From assembly GCF_964355755.1 (NCBI RefSeq), contig NC_092670.1:26088795-26152794 (forward strand): DNA of 64,000 bases, in the 5' to 3' direction. The notes under the pieces are model-generated. The model saw only the letters and a program-made list of their open reading frames with translations, made no database searches and had not been told where the DNA came from. This DNA is from Antedon mediterranea (Eukaryota > Animalia > Echinodermata). Shown here in pieces: positions 51,901 to 61,840 of the stretch (the stretch's first letter is position 1; each line of letters opens with the position of its first letter). A program made the translations under genes and the position numbers.

Positions 51901-54900
51901 ATGTAAATTAATTTATTTTAATAGTTATAATAATAATTCTAATATTTTCTTGTCAGTTTGTACACATTTGATGTTCGTCGCTTAGATCAACCAGTTAATG
52001 TACACATGGACCATGTGTCTGCAGTTGTGGATCTGGATTATTCTCCAACTGGCCGTGAATTTGCAAGTGCTAGTTTTGATAAGACCATCCGCATTTTTGA
52101 AATAAATAAAGGTCATAGCAGGTGAATAATTTCTTTCATTAAATATGGTAAAGTTTCATTTTTAAAATATGCAACATATATCTGCATATAATGTTTAATT
52201 TTAGGCCACCTATTGTGTAACAAAATCTTTTTCTATAACTTACGGACAAAATGTATCAACTACCATAGTATTTGACAGTTCTGACAGTAATTTATGATAG
52301 TTGAAGTTTGGAATTGAGGATAATACTAATTGCATGCCAGACCTGTCAACTGTTACGCATTCATTGTAAGGTGCGATCTACAAATTATTCCAAAGGGCAA
52401 AAACACATCAAAATGTTATATGACAATCTGGAAGATGGCCGTTTGAGACTGTTTGTTCCGTTTGGTAGTTGACTCCTCCCCATGGAGCTAACCTCTGTAA
52501 AAATAATAGAGATAATTTTGTAAATAAAATCGCGATTCCCCACTACATGATCTGATGGTCTGATTCAATAACAGCAATAACACGTTTGAAATATAAACAC
52601 CAAACGTGTTGGGCAGCACAACCACATTGGAACACGTTTGGGCATTCCAATTTTTCTAAATACAGATAAGAGAGCCCACCATAGTGATCAATAGAAACAC
52701 CCTAATTCTAGGCGTGTCGCTGCAGTGATCAATAGAAACACCCTAATTCTAGGCGTGGCGCTACAGTGATCAATAGAAACACCCTAATTCTAGGCACGTC
52801 GCTGCAGTGATCAATAGAAACACCCTAATTCTAGGCGTGTCACTGCAGTGATCAATAGAAACACCCTAATTCTAGGCGTGTCGCTGCAGTGATCAATAGA
52901 AACACCCTAATTCTAGGCGTGTCGCTACAGTGATCAATAGAAACACCCTAATTCTAGGCACGTCGCTGCAGTGATCAATAGAAACCCTATTTTCGTAGTC
53001 GACGCAAAGTCCTGATTGTAAGCTTGGGTTTGACGCGAAGTCCTGATTGTAAGCTTGGGTTTGACGCGAAGTCCTGATTGTAAGCTTGGGTTTGACGCGA
53101 AGTCCTGATTGTAAGCTTGGGTTTGACGCGAAGTCCTGATTGTAAGCTTGGGTTTGACGCAAAGTCCTGATTGTAAGCTTTGGTTTTAGACTATTCCTCT
53201 TCAATAAATAGGAAAATAGATTATTGTACCGAAGTTCATACAATCAATCAATATTCTTTTTTCTGTAAAACTATGACTAACCCAATCGGTGCTGATTTGT
53301 TTTCACTATGCCTACCACTGTATTTGAGGCCTGGCATCACAAAAGCTGCGCAGAGTTGCATTCCGGATTTTTGAGATATTTAAAATTTCAATAAAAAAAC
53401 GATACTATAAACACTTATCTTTAACATATCAAACTCTTGTTCATGAAAAAATATCGCAAGTATGTGTATTTTGCAATTATTTAAGTCGACTCTCTAATTT
53501 AATCGTTATTTTTATCCATATATTTTTTTTAATAACAAAAAATATAATATTATGTACCACACAGTGATATATTTGACAGAGTCTTATCGCGTTGATCGGC
53601 AAGCTAGGCCGGCCCAGCTAATCTGCGCCGCCACTTCATTGTAGATTTCCTGAGCTAGAAAGTGACTTGTATGTTTTCATTAATAACTCCTCATATAATA
53701 AACCAATTTTAAGAAACAACGCCTCATTTTAAAGCTTATTGAATATAGATTATGAATATATGAAAATTTAAAAGAAATATTATTTCCGATACTGCGCCGA
53801 TTTTGTAATGCCATGCCTCATTTATTAACAGCAATATCAACGGACGACCAACTAACAATTGAGTTCATTCATTCATTATGAAATTGATCAGCTGTAATTC
53901 GTTGTGACTAACTAAATTCTAGTTATGATTACAATGATAAACATTTTTTTTAATACATTATACAAAAATATTTAAATAATTTGGATTTAGTGTATATTTT
54001 ACTTTTACTTTTTAACTTTTTTTCAGAGAGGTATATCATACAAAACGTATGCAGCATGTGACCTGTATTAAATGGTCACTTGATAACCGGTATATTTTGT
54101 CAGGATCTGATGAGATGAATCTCAGAATTTGGAAAGCAAAAGCTTCTGAAAAGATAGGCAAGGTACAGGATATTTTTTTATAGAAAGGAGTACTATATAA
54201 TTTATGCCCAAGAAAAAATGTAAATTTGTAAATTGTCACCATAAAAATGTAACCAGCAGTGACCAATACAACTCACAATGTATTGGTGGTCAGCATATTG
54301 TTTTTTGTTGAATTTCTGACTGACCAGTTGCTTGTGGTGCATCATGAGAGGTATGAAAGTAGGCCAACATACGCTTTGTTTGTGAAAACCCTGTCATAAT
54401 TATAATTATTGCATTTTGCTGGGAGTCAAGGCCAAATCATAATTTTACATTTTGTTTTGTATTTCCTTGTACTACTACCGTACTGACGCGGGTATAAGCC
54501 CACCCCCCTCGAACATGAAATCACGTCAAGTTTGGGGGGTGGGCTTATACCCGAGGATCCAAAAATGCAGATTGTCAAAAACAGCACATGTACACTGTGT
54601 ATTCCACCATGCGAGCGAGCGCCCTCACGTGTACGACGTTGCCTCTAAATACACGAGGTGTAGAGTGTCGGAAAATTAAGTTTATAGTTCGTGTAATTTA
54701 TCGTAGAATATCTTATTTTAAACATCAATTTAACAAGAATTTATCAAGCAGAAAAGCAAGTATACAATGTTCGTTAAATAGAAATGTACCAAAGAAATTT
54801 AATAAGCTTGTTTATGGCAGCCGATACCAAATAGTGGTTTTCCGTTTTGGCGACTTGTAGCGTCGTGTGTGAAGCGCGATCTTCGACCGCGATGGAGTGT

Positions 54901-57900
54901 AAACAAAACAGGACCGCCAGGCCTCATATGGCCTAGCGTATATTAGCCTAGCTTGGTTATGATCAATCAAAGGTAGGTGTATTCGGTGTATGGACGTCGC
55001 CAAATACAAAATAATGTATTACGACACACGCTGTAGATCTTCGAATTAATGGGTGGGCTTATACCCGAGTGCCTCATTTTTCATGAAAATTAGTCAAAAG
55101 TCGGGGGTGGGCTTATACCCGAGTATGGGCTTATACCCGCGTCAGTACGGTACTACTAATAATAATAACAATACTACAAATTTGTAATGCAGCAATTCCA
55201 GCAGTAAGTGATCAAAGGCGCTGTGTATGAGATAGCTCAATTTGAAAGAAAAAGATTAGTTTTCAAGGCAGGTTTAAAGGCGATAATAGAAGCGGGTAGT
55301 TCATTCCATAAGCGAGAGGCAGCAGAAGTAAAGGTGCTTAGTCCGGTGGCAGGTGGAGCAATCACCACCAGAAAGTGGATAAATTGGCATCCAAATTTTC
55401 TAAACCAGAATTTTCCGTAGATTACGAATCTGGAAGGTAATCAATCAGGATAGAAAGCATTTTCGAGATATAAGGGGTCAAAGTTCAAAATTGACTAATT
55501 ATAACAATGTATTCAATATACCTACCATAACCGTATATATATATATATATATATAAATTAATGTAAGGGCAAAATTCGGTAAATCGTGTGTTACTTCTAG
55601 AATTTTTACTCGATGGTATATAAAGTTGGTTTGTACCTTTGGTACTGATTTTAACCACCTGATGTAATCCTGTTTACTGATTGCATTGAGTTAGATAATT
55701 AGTTATTAACAATTAAAACGAATTTAGGTTGAACGATTTGCCCCAAATACACTGTCTAATCGGCCATCTTGAAAAATATCCGCACACAATAATACGAGGA
55801 TGCTTAAAATTATATAAAACTTCATTTTTCAAAGATTGGTCAGAGCATGGTTGCAGGACTGAAATATTCATTGTGAGGCTGTCCAATAAACTATCTGATT
55901 TGATCTGCTTCTTTATGTTGGCAATATATGTTTTCATTGTGCAAGTGCCTTTGATACGCATCTAACAAATCTTACTATTATTGGTTATCACTATATTTGA
56001 TTGAATGATAGTAGCACAACCACAGAATTCTAAAATATACTGCATTAAATCACTATAGGAATGTAATTGTAAAACAAAATGTATAAATATATAAAGTATT
56101 AACACTATGCATTGACGTCACTGAAATTTACGGCGAGCAATTGCAATTGTTTTAAAATCATATGTACATCAAAATATGGTTCTCGGTAAAGTTCGCAAAC
56201 TGTACTACATCTGGTCAATTTTCCATTAGTTGTATAGCCACAAAAGTGTGGAACGAAAATGCTTCTATACTAAAACACATTTTAGAAGTCTAAATTACGA
56301 ATGATACACAAAAATACAGAAACGGGAAAAATACGGACACACGCTGCTCCGTCAGTATTGCTTCACAGATTTTAACTCAATACATTCTTTTTTTAATTAC
56401 ATAGATTCTCAAAAAAAAAAAAAATTAGCATTTTATAACAAGGTGGTTTTGAAAATTCAGCCTCTGAAATTGTCTAAAGGTGTAAAAATCATCCCATACA
56501 GAGTATCACAGTGCTGACGTCACGACGGTAGGTGGTGCTGCATGGTTGCTAGCGCAACCAAAAATGCATTCAGCCTGCCTGAGTGACTCCAAGGTCACCA
56601 ATGGTTTGGAATAGGCTTATTGAAGTAGTCATTTTAAAACTTAATAATTTTTTACAAAAACAAACTAAAATTTCAAAAGATCACTAAATATTTGTTTTTA
56701 ATAATCTATTTATTCTTCAACTACAGTTTAAGTTAAAAAAAATCAAGCTAAGATACATAATTTATACAGATCTTTACTGTTTATCAACATAGTAGCGCTG
56801 AACGCATTTTTTGGTTGGCTAGCAACCATGCAGCCCCCTCTATCGTTGTAAAGTCACACCGTGATACTCTATTGCACATTCCATTGTCATACAGAAAGTG
56901 ATATTCAGTAATTCAATTTTTTTAATAGTTGAAGAAACGTGAAGAATCAGCTTTTAGGTACAACGAAAAATTAAAGGAGAAATATCGACATCATCCACAA
57001 ATCAAACGTATTGCACGACATCGGCATGTTCCAAAGCTAATCTACAAAGAGGCACAAACAATACGAATACAACGGCAGTCTTTAAAACGAAAGTAAGTGT
57101 ACTTAGTACTAGTAGAATTATAAAAGCGAGATGGTGTTGCTTATAGACATCTGGTAGCCATTGACATTTTGATTAATGCTACTTCTGTGTACACCAGAAA
57201 GTGAAATACCACAAATTGCAATAATGTAATTTTTAATAAGACAAAGTTGGAACAATCTCTAATTTTACTATTTTAGAGCTATTTCGTAACATTGTGCTTT
57301 ATCTAATTTACGTATTATTATTGTCATATACCATTCCCGTATACAGTTATTACTTCCTGATTGCCTCTTACTGCATTTTACTTTGATGCTTTGGATGCTT
57401 TCCAACGTCACATAATCCCCATCACTGATTGGCTGGTTTTTACAATCATTGGGCATACGCTTACAAAAGTTGAAAGGTTGTTATATAGCATCGTAAGACA
57501 ATGTTCAGCCAGAAATACTACGATGATTTCTATTTAATTTGCGTGGTTTTGACATTAAGCTTTTTTCAATTGGTTTCCTTTAAATTTTAAATGTAAAAAC
57601 AACGCAATCGTAAATAAATTCGAATTTCTTATGTCGACTGGAAACCAGGCTTTACATAAGTAGGGTGGACCCAGATGTGAAACTTTAAATTTGGCCTGCG
57701 ACATTATGTTGGTAAAGTATTAAGTTCTACCCTCGGTAGAAAACTGTTAAGAACCCTGGTCATATACTGGCAAGAAAATTATGAAGAGAGTAATTTGAAT
57801 ATTATCTTTAAGTACTGAAAATATCTGGGATTTTATGCATTCAAATAATTTTGTTTATAATCTTTTTTCAGACTAGATAATAAAAGGAAACATAGCAAAG

Positions 57901-57959
57901 AAGGTACAGTACCAATTGTTTCAGAACGCAAGAAGCATGTTGTAGGTATTGTTGAATAG
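42923..57959 (+). CDS. DCAF13: DDB1- and CUL4-associated factor 13 (WDSOF1/Sof1; WD40 U3 snoRNP/SSU processome protein), complete spliced CDS, 10 coding exons
   Basis: Exons 42923-42992, 43093-43292, 44560-44667, 47784-47873, 49219-49374, 49504-49664, 51957-52121, 54027-54162, 56929-57092, 57872-57959. All introns are GT..AG, phases join in frame, total 1338 nt = 445 aa. Recognisable Sof1 motifs: MKVKVLCRNPDDY, YVRALNATKLERVFAKPF, EVYHTKRMQHV, HPQIKRIARHRHVPK. Confidence 0.97.
43093..43292 (+). CDS. DCAF13: DCAF13 coding exon 2
   Basis: ag acceptor; HRNYDPSLHPFEAPREYVRALNATKLERVFAKPF...SGSCNGE; donor gtatgt. Confidence 0.96.
43649..44107. mobile_element. pogo/Tigger-type MITE in DCAF13 intron 2
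   Basis: TA flanks; TIR CAGTGGAACCTGTATTTTACGTAC / GTACGTAAAATGAAGGTTCTACTG. Confidence 0.85.
44114..44283 (-). mobile_element. Penelope-like pLTR fragment
   Basis: Reverse complement of 31852-32020; contains a hammerhead motif. Confidence 0.75.
44241..44277 (-). ncRNA. Minimal type I hammerhead ribozyme
   Basis: Minus strand GCA-CTGATGA-AGGGC-TAGTGTT-GCCC-GAAA-GCTC-TGC: intact CUGAUGA and GAAA core, stem II, palindromic AGCT stem III, UC cleavage site. Confidence 0.8.
44560..44667 (+). CDS. DCAF13: DCAF13 coding exon 3
   Basis: tttttgcag acceptor; LKIWNLANRKCSKTLTAHTGFVRGICIDSKASYFLS; donor gtaagt. Confidence 0.95.
45074..45345. mobile_element. Partial copy of the element at 8715-9264
   Basis: GCACACTTAAATTTATCG...AGAGACTATGGGGTAGTACTA...AAAGTTTTCGAAGTAA shared. 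Confidence 0.8.
45443..45974. mobile_element. Left-truncated copy of the Kolobok-type MITE at 29806-30432
   Basis: High identity; ends GTAGGGAAGGTGTCT+TTAA. Confidence 0.87.
47784..47873 (+). CDS. DCAF13: DCAF13 coding exon 4
   Basis: VGDDQTIKQWSLPCTETEVEDAPINTIIGK; ag/gt boundaries. Confidence 0.93.
48515..49031 (-). mobile_element. Penelope-like retroelement 3' end with inverted pLTR and 12-bp TSD, in DCAF13 intron 4
   Basis: 173-bp inverted arms 48513-48685 / 48827-48999 (one mismatch seen); spacer encodes a GIY-YIG C-terminus RKDRQIRESLHIRR...MNRDTGAHELSHLYNDLI; direct repeat AAACCCTATCAT at 48503-48514 and 49032-49043. Confidence 0.88.
49219..49374 (+). CDS. DCAF13: DCAF13 coding exon 5
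   Basis: SIFMSIDHHWKKPLFVTSGQQVDLWD...SVKFNPLE; tttgcag/gtaact. Confidence 0.95.
49504..49664 (+). CDS. DCAF13: DCAF13 coding exon 6
   Basis: VSVFGSCTAERNIILYDIRANTPLKKVVMSMKTNTIAWNPMESFIFTAANEDY; tttag/gtatga. Confidence 0.95.
50870..51320. mobile_element. pogo-type MITE, inverted relative of 9985-10489
   Basis: TA+CCGTAAATCTT terminus; GGTTACTATTAG repeats; shared internal AAGATCAACATGCATTATCTCCTTATTT. Confidence 0.78.
51957..52121 (+). CDS. DCAF13: DCAF13 coding exon 7
   Basis: LYTFDVRRLDQPVNVHMDHVSAVVDLDYSPTGREFASASFDKTIRIF; tcag/gtgaat. Confidence 0.96.
52683..52987. repeat. Minisatellite, 41-bp unit AGTGATCAATAGAAACACCCTAATTCTAGGCGTGTCGCTGC, ~7.4 copies
   Basis: Units start at 52683, 52724, 52765, 52806, 52847, 52888, 52929, 52970. 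Confidence 0.96.
53001..53186. repeat. Minisatellite, 31-bp unit GACGCGAAGTCCTGATTGTAAGCTTGGGTTT, 6 copies
   Basis: Units start at 53001, 53032, 53063, 53094, 53125, 53156. Confidence 0.96.
53326..53819. mobile_element. Sola-like MITE (GAG...CTC termini, 4-bp TSD)
   Basis: TSD ATTT on both sides; TIR GAGGCCTGGCATCACAAAA / TTTTGTAATGCCATGCCTC. Confidence 0.8.
54027..54162 (+). CDS. DCAF13: DCAF13 coding exon 8
   Basis: EVYHTKRMQHVTCIKWSLDNRYILSGSDEMNLRIWKAKASEKIGK; tttcag/gtacag. Confidence 0.96.
54478..55150. mobile_element. pogo-type MITE
   Basis: TA TSD; perfect 25-bp TIR CCGTACTGACGCGGGTATAAGCCCA; internal GGGCTTATACCCG repeats. Confidence 0.92.
55157..55490 (-). mobile_element. L2-clade LINE 3' fragment
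   Basis: Minus strand FTSAASRLWNELPASIIAFKPALKTNLF (L2 ORF2 C-terminus), then the CACAGCGCCTTTGATCAC tail and (TTA)n. Confidence 0.78.
56500..56871. mobile_element. MITE, copy of 11850-12203
   Basis: AGAGTATCACAGTG / CACCGTGATACTCT TIRs; near-identical body. Confidence 0.87.
56929..57092 (+). CDS. DCAF13: DCAF13 coding exon 9 (Sof1 C-terminal domain)
   Basis: LKKREESAFRYNEKLKEKYRHHPQIKRIARHRHVPKLIYK; atag/gtaagt. Confidence 0.96.
57872..57959 (+). CDS. DCAF13: DCAF13 last coding exon
   Basis: LDNKRKHSKEGTVPIVSERKKHVVGIVE*; tttttcag acceptor, TAG stop. Confidence 0.95.
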
Positions 57960-58133
57960 TATTTAAAAATGTCTGTTATAGATATGTAATTGATGAATAA
58001 TTAAAAGCTTTGATGGGTAACATGAAGAACCACCAGTATTGGTATTTGGTTATTTAGTTACCAATTACACGATAGAAGTGTGCCAATTTGTACATTTTGA
58101 AAAAGGATAATGCTGATTTAGCATTTAGTAATA

Positions 58134-58878
58134 CAGTCGACTTCGCCTAAGTCGAATCTAATGGGACCGGTATAAAAATTAGAGTTACACGAACTTCGAC
58201 TTACAGATTTGCAAAAAAAATGCTAGGCCTAGGTTCACTCACTAGCCGCGCTATGGCTAGGCCTAGTAGACCCTGCCCTGTCGCGATCGCGGCCCACGCG
58301 ATGAGCCTTCTTGAATTGAGTTTGCTTAGCTAGCTAGCTAGGCCTAATAAATGCTAAGCCTCTTTTATCGGCAATGATAAACTGTATTTTCTTTTATGGT
58401 TTAAGCCCGAAACAATACGAAAACGTATAATAAATACATTTCGGTTCTTATTCGAAATCGGTATCCATTGTTTATTGCCATCTGTCTAGCACAAAATGGG
58501 TACCCACAAAACGCCGCTCAAGTTCTCAACTCTGAAACAACTCATACACTATACACTAGCGCGAGTTGTAGGACGCCACCTATACTATACAACCTGCTTG
58601 AGAGAACCGATATGGTCCCACATTATCTCCTCTGTAGTTTGTTTATCGAATTACGTACGTTTGTGACGCGTGACTCGACTTATACGATATAAATCACTAA
58701 AGAATGTGTGTATTCGGACCGCAAAAAGACGTCTACTTAGACGAATTTCGACTTAGAAAAATTCGACTTACAAATAAAAATTACACAGTAATGTATAGGA
58801 AAGAATTGGGACTTTCATAAAAATTCGACTTTCACGATTTTTCGACTTACGCGAATTCGACTTAGGCGGAGTTGACTG
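58134..58878. mobile_element. pogo/Tigger-type MITE just downstream of the DCAF13 stop
   Basis: TA TSD; TIR CAGTCGACTTCGCCTAAGTCGAA / TTCGACTTAGGCGGAGTTGACTG; TTCGACTT repeats. Confidence 0.9.
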
Positions 58879-60299
58879 TACTTTATTCTTGAATAATTTA
58901 ATTATTTAGAATATAATTTATTCTGTGCAGATAATGAAACTTAAACTGGGTTTAAATTATGTATTAAGGTATTAGAAATATAGAAGTAAGTATTTGCAGC
59001 TACTGTACAATAATAATACCACCCACTTATTTGGATGTAACATACAAACATTTGACATTGTAAATCCTCACTTCAACTTTTTTTATTCTTGACTAGTAAT
59101 TTAATTGTTTAGAAACATAGTTTTAGATTAATCTGTTTCAAGAAAGAAGTACATTTTTATATTTTATGATGAAGAATTGTAAATGGAGAGCCAAGCAATA
59201 GTAATATGTGGATAATTGATAATCTGCACAGATTACAATACAGATTGAGTAGTTTAAACTTTGTGTATATCATTAATTTAAAGTCCAGAGTCATAATTAG
59301 CAAACTTATCAATCTTTACAATTGCAGAAAAATCTCTGAGCAACCATGTTTTGAATTAATAATAAATACTCCAAGGTTATCATACATTCCAATAATTATC
59401 GATTCCACTATCGGTCATAATTTTTGGAATTATATTTGTGTTAACAAGCTTTTTGAAAATAAGCACTTATCAGTGGGGAAATAGTTCCAATTACACAGTA
59501 AAATCTCTATTCTTATTCAACTTCAGAGTTTTATTTTCATGCTATAGCAAAAATTATCCACCGTATATCCACCATCTCTTTTCCCCTTCTAGGGAGTCAC
59601 CAGACATGTTATTACATTGGGTTAAACTACCTAACTACTGAAAAAAGTCTTCCTGGTTTTTATTGCAGAATTTTGCTAAATTTTGTATTTGACCATTTTA
59701 AGGGAAATTAATGTTTTTTCATTTTGATTTCTATTACAATTATTTGATTTATGTACAACAAGATATTATGTTTAAAATTCATGCCTGTACCTGAGCTTTA
59801 AAGTTTATAAGCCTATGCATTCTTTTTACAAAACGTCAAAAATTGCAGGTTAAGCCTAAGCCTTGCTACGCCTGTGTTGTATTTTCTTCATTAATACAGT
59901 GGTAATATAATAAATATGAGACTCAATATTAATGTCTGACTCACTTTATTGTCGTTTGTGTGTGCGTGTTACATTGAGCATGACGTCATGAGTTAGGCTC
60001 GTACAATAATACGATATAATATTTTGGGATATACAACATCCTCCTTTCTTTCAAGATGGAACATCATGATCTGTATAATATACAGTAGAGTACCAGGGTT
60101 ATTAAATTAGTATATAGTGAAGTGAATATTTCTGAGGGTCCAAATGTTTTTAATAATAAACAACTTAGTTATATACTTAAAACTATCACAGTGATTAATT
60201 AATCATGCGCTTTATATGCTTCTTAATCTACATACTTAACACGATACCATAGTTATAAATATTATGAGTATAGTTAACATTGTGTGATTATAACAGTAT

Positions 60300-61840
60300 T
60301 GATGGACCAGAGAGTCAATGTGGCTTTCAAGCCAACTGAAGTACAACTGACATGGTATTTGTGCTCCGGCAACTCCAAGAAAAATGTAGAAAACAAAACA
60401 AGGGGCTGTATGTGTCTTTTGTCGACTTGACCAAACCATTTGATACCATAAGCAGGAACTGTTTATGGAAAATCCTAGAACGCTGGGGTGCCCCCCCCCC
60501 CCCAAAAAAAATTCCTCAGCATGGTCATCCAGCTACATGCAGATCAACATGGTCAGGTCAGGCACAGCAACGAACGCTTTCAAATAGCAAATGGTATCAA
60601 GCAAGGTTGTGTGCTAGCGCCAACACTCTTCACCATTTTCTTCAGCATGATGCTCTAAAGAGCCACTGCAGATCTTGATGATGAAGATGGTGTCTACGTA
60701 CGTTATCGTACCGATGCCAGCCTGTTCAATCTCAGACGACTACAAGCCCACACAAAAACTTCAGAGCAACTGTTTCGAGAGCTACTTTTTGCTCATCTCC
60801 TGTCAAACTTGACAGAGAAATTGACAACCGACTGGCAACGGCAAACAGTGCTTTTGTTAGGCTGTACAAAAGACTCTGGCACAAGAAACATCTAAAGAAA
60901 GATACGAAGATCAACGTATACAGAGCTGTTGTAATGACCACCCTCCTGTATGGTTCTGAATCATGGGTCCTGTACCGTCACCACCTCCGACTCCTTGAGC
61001 GTTTCCACCAACGTTGTCTTCGCACCATCTTGAGTCCATGTTGATGAAGATGCAGCTATGATGGGCAGGACGCGAATTTTTTTTTCGTACATAAGTTGGG
61101 GACCCCATGTGTAAGATAGCCGAACTACTTCCTAAATATATCTAAACCTAACCCTCTCAATAATCTCTCTCTCACTATAAAGTAAAAGAAGTAGCTCATG
61201 AGAGTCGAACCCCATACATTGACATGTAAAGTCCATAGTCTTACCCACTCGACTACACAGACGGCTCGACAGAAATCGTTTGCATTCGCGAATTGTAGTT
61301 AGCTTAATTCTTACGTCACATCTTATGGATATGACTAATGAATATTCATGTTTATTTTGTGACGTTTCACGAGGGGTCCCCAACTTATGTACGAAAAGAA
61401 ATATCGCGGGCAGGACACATCTCCAGAATGGAGGATCACCAATTACCAAATATAGCACTAGGAGAACTATCTTCTGGTCATCGAAATATAAGAGATCCAA
61501 AGAAAAAATTCAAAGACAACCTAAAGAAAAACCTAATTTCTGGTCACATTAACCATAACCAATGGTTCACTCTAGCCACACAAACCGTGTGGCCTGGCGT
61601 CACACCATCCATCAAGCGATCAACTCCTTCGAAAACATACGCAGGATAGCCCTTGAAGAAAAAAGAGAAAAAATCGCAATACTTAACCACAACCACAAGA
61701 GCTGCACCCGACATTCCTCTGCAGCCGCTGTGGACGGACATGCCTTTCTCGCATCAGCCACAAACGAGCCTATGACAGACGTGGACAAACCCCTTTATAA
61801 AAATCTTCGTTCGCGAAGCAAAGCCAAAAAGATGGACTGA
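60300..61840 (+). mobile_element. RTE (BovB-like) LINE relic, deleted and frameshifted, interrupted by a MITE
   Basis: STTDMVFVLRQLQEKC..QNKGLYVSFVDLTKPFDTISR, GIKQGCVLAPTLF, RYRTDASLFNLRRL, LLYGSESW, WAGHISRMED. Confidence 0.88.
61072..61407. mobile_element. Mutator-like MITE (9-bp TSD) carrying a tRNA-like cassette
   Basis: TSD GGGCAGGAC at 61063-61071 and 61408-61416, splitting the LINE codons W-A-G-H; TIR GCGA..TTTTCGTACATAAGTTGGGGACCCC. Confidence 0.88.

Noticed and set aside
52683-53243. Regular 41-bp and 31-bp repeats as a CRISPR array, and ORF 52893..53243 as a protein
   Set aside because: Head-to-tail units with no spacers; the ORF is a by-product of the repeats inside a DCAF13 intron
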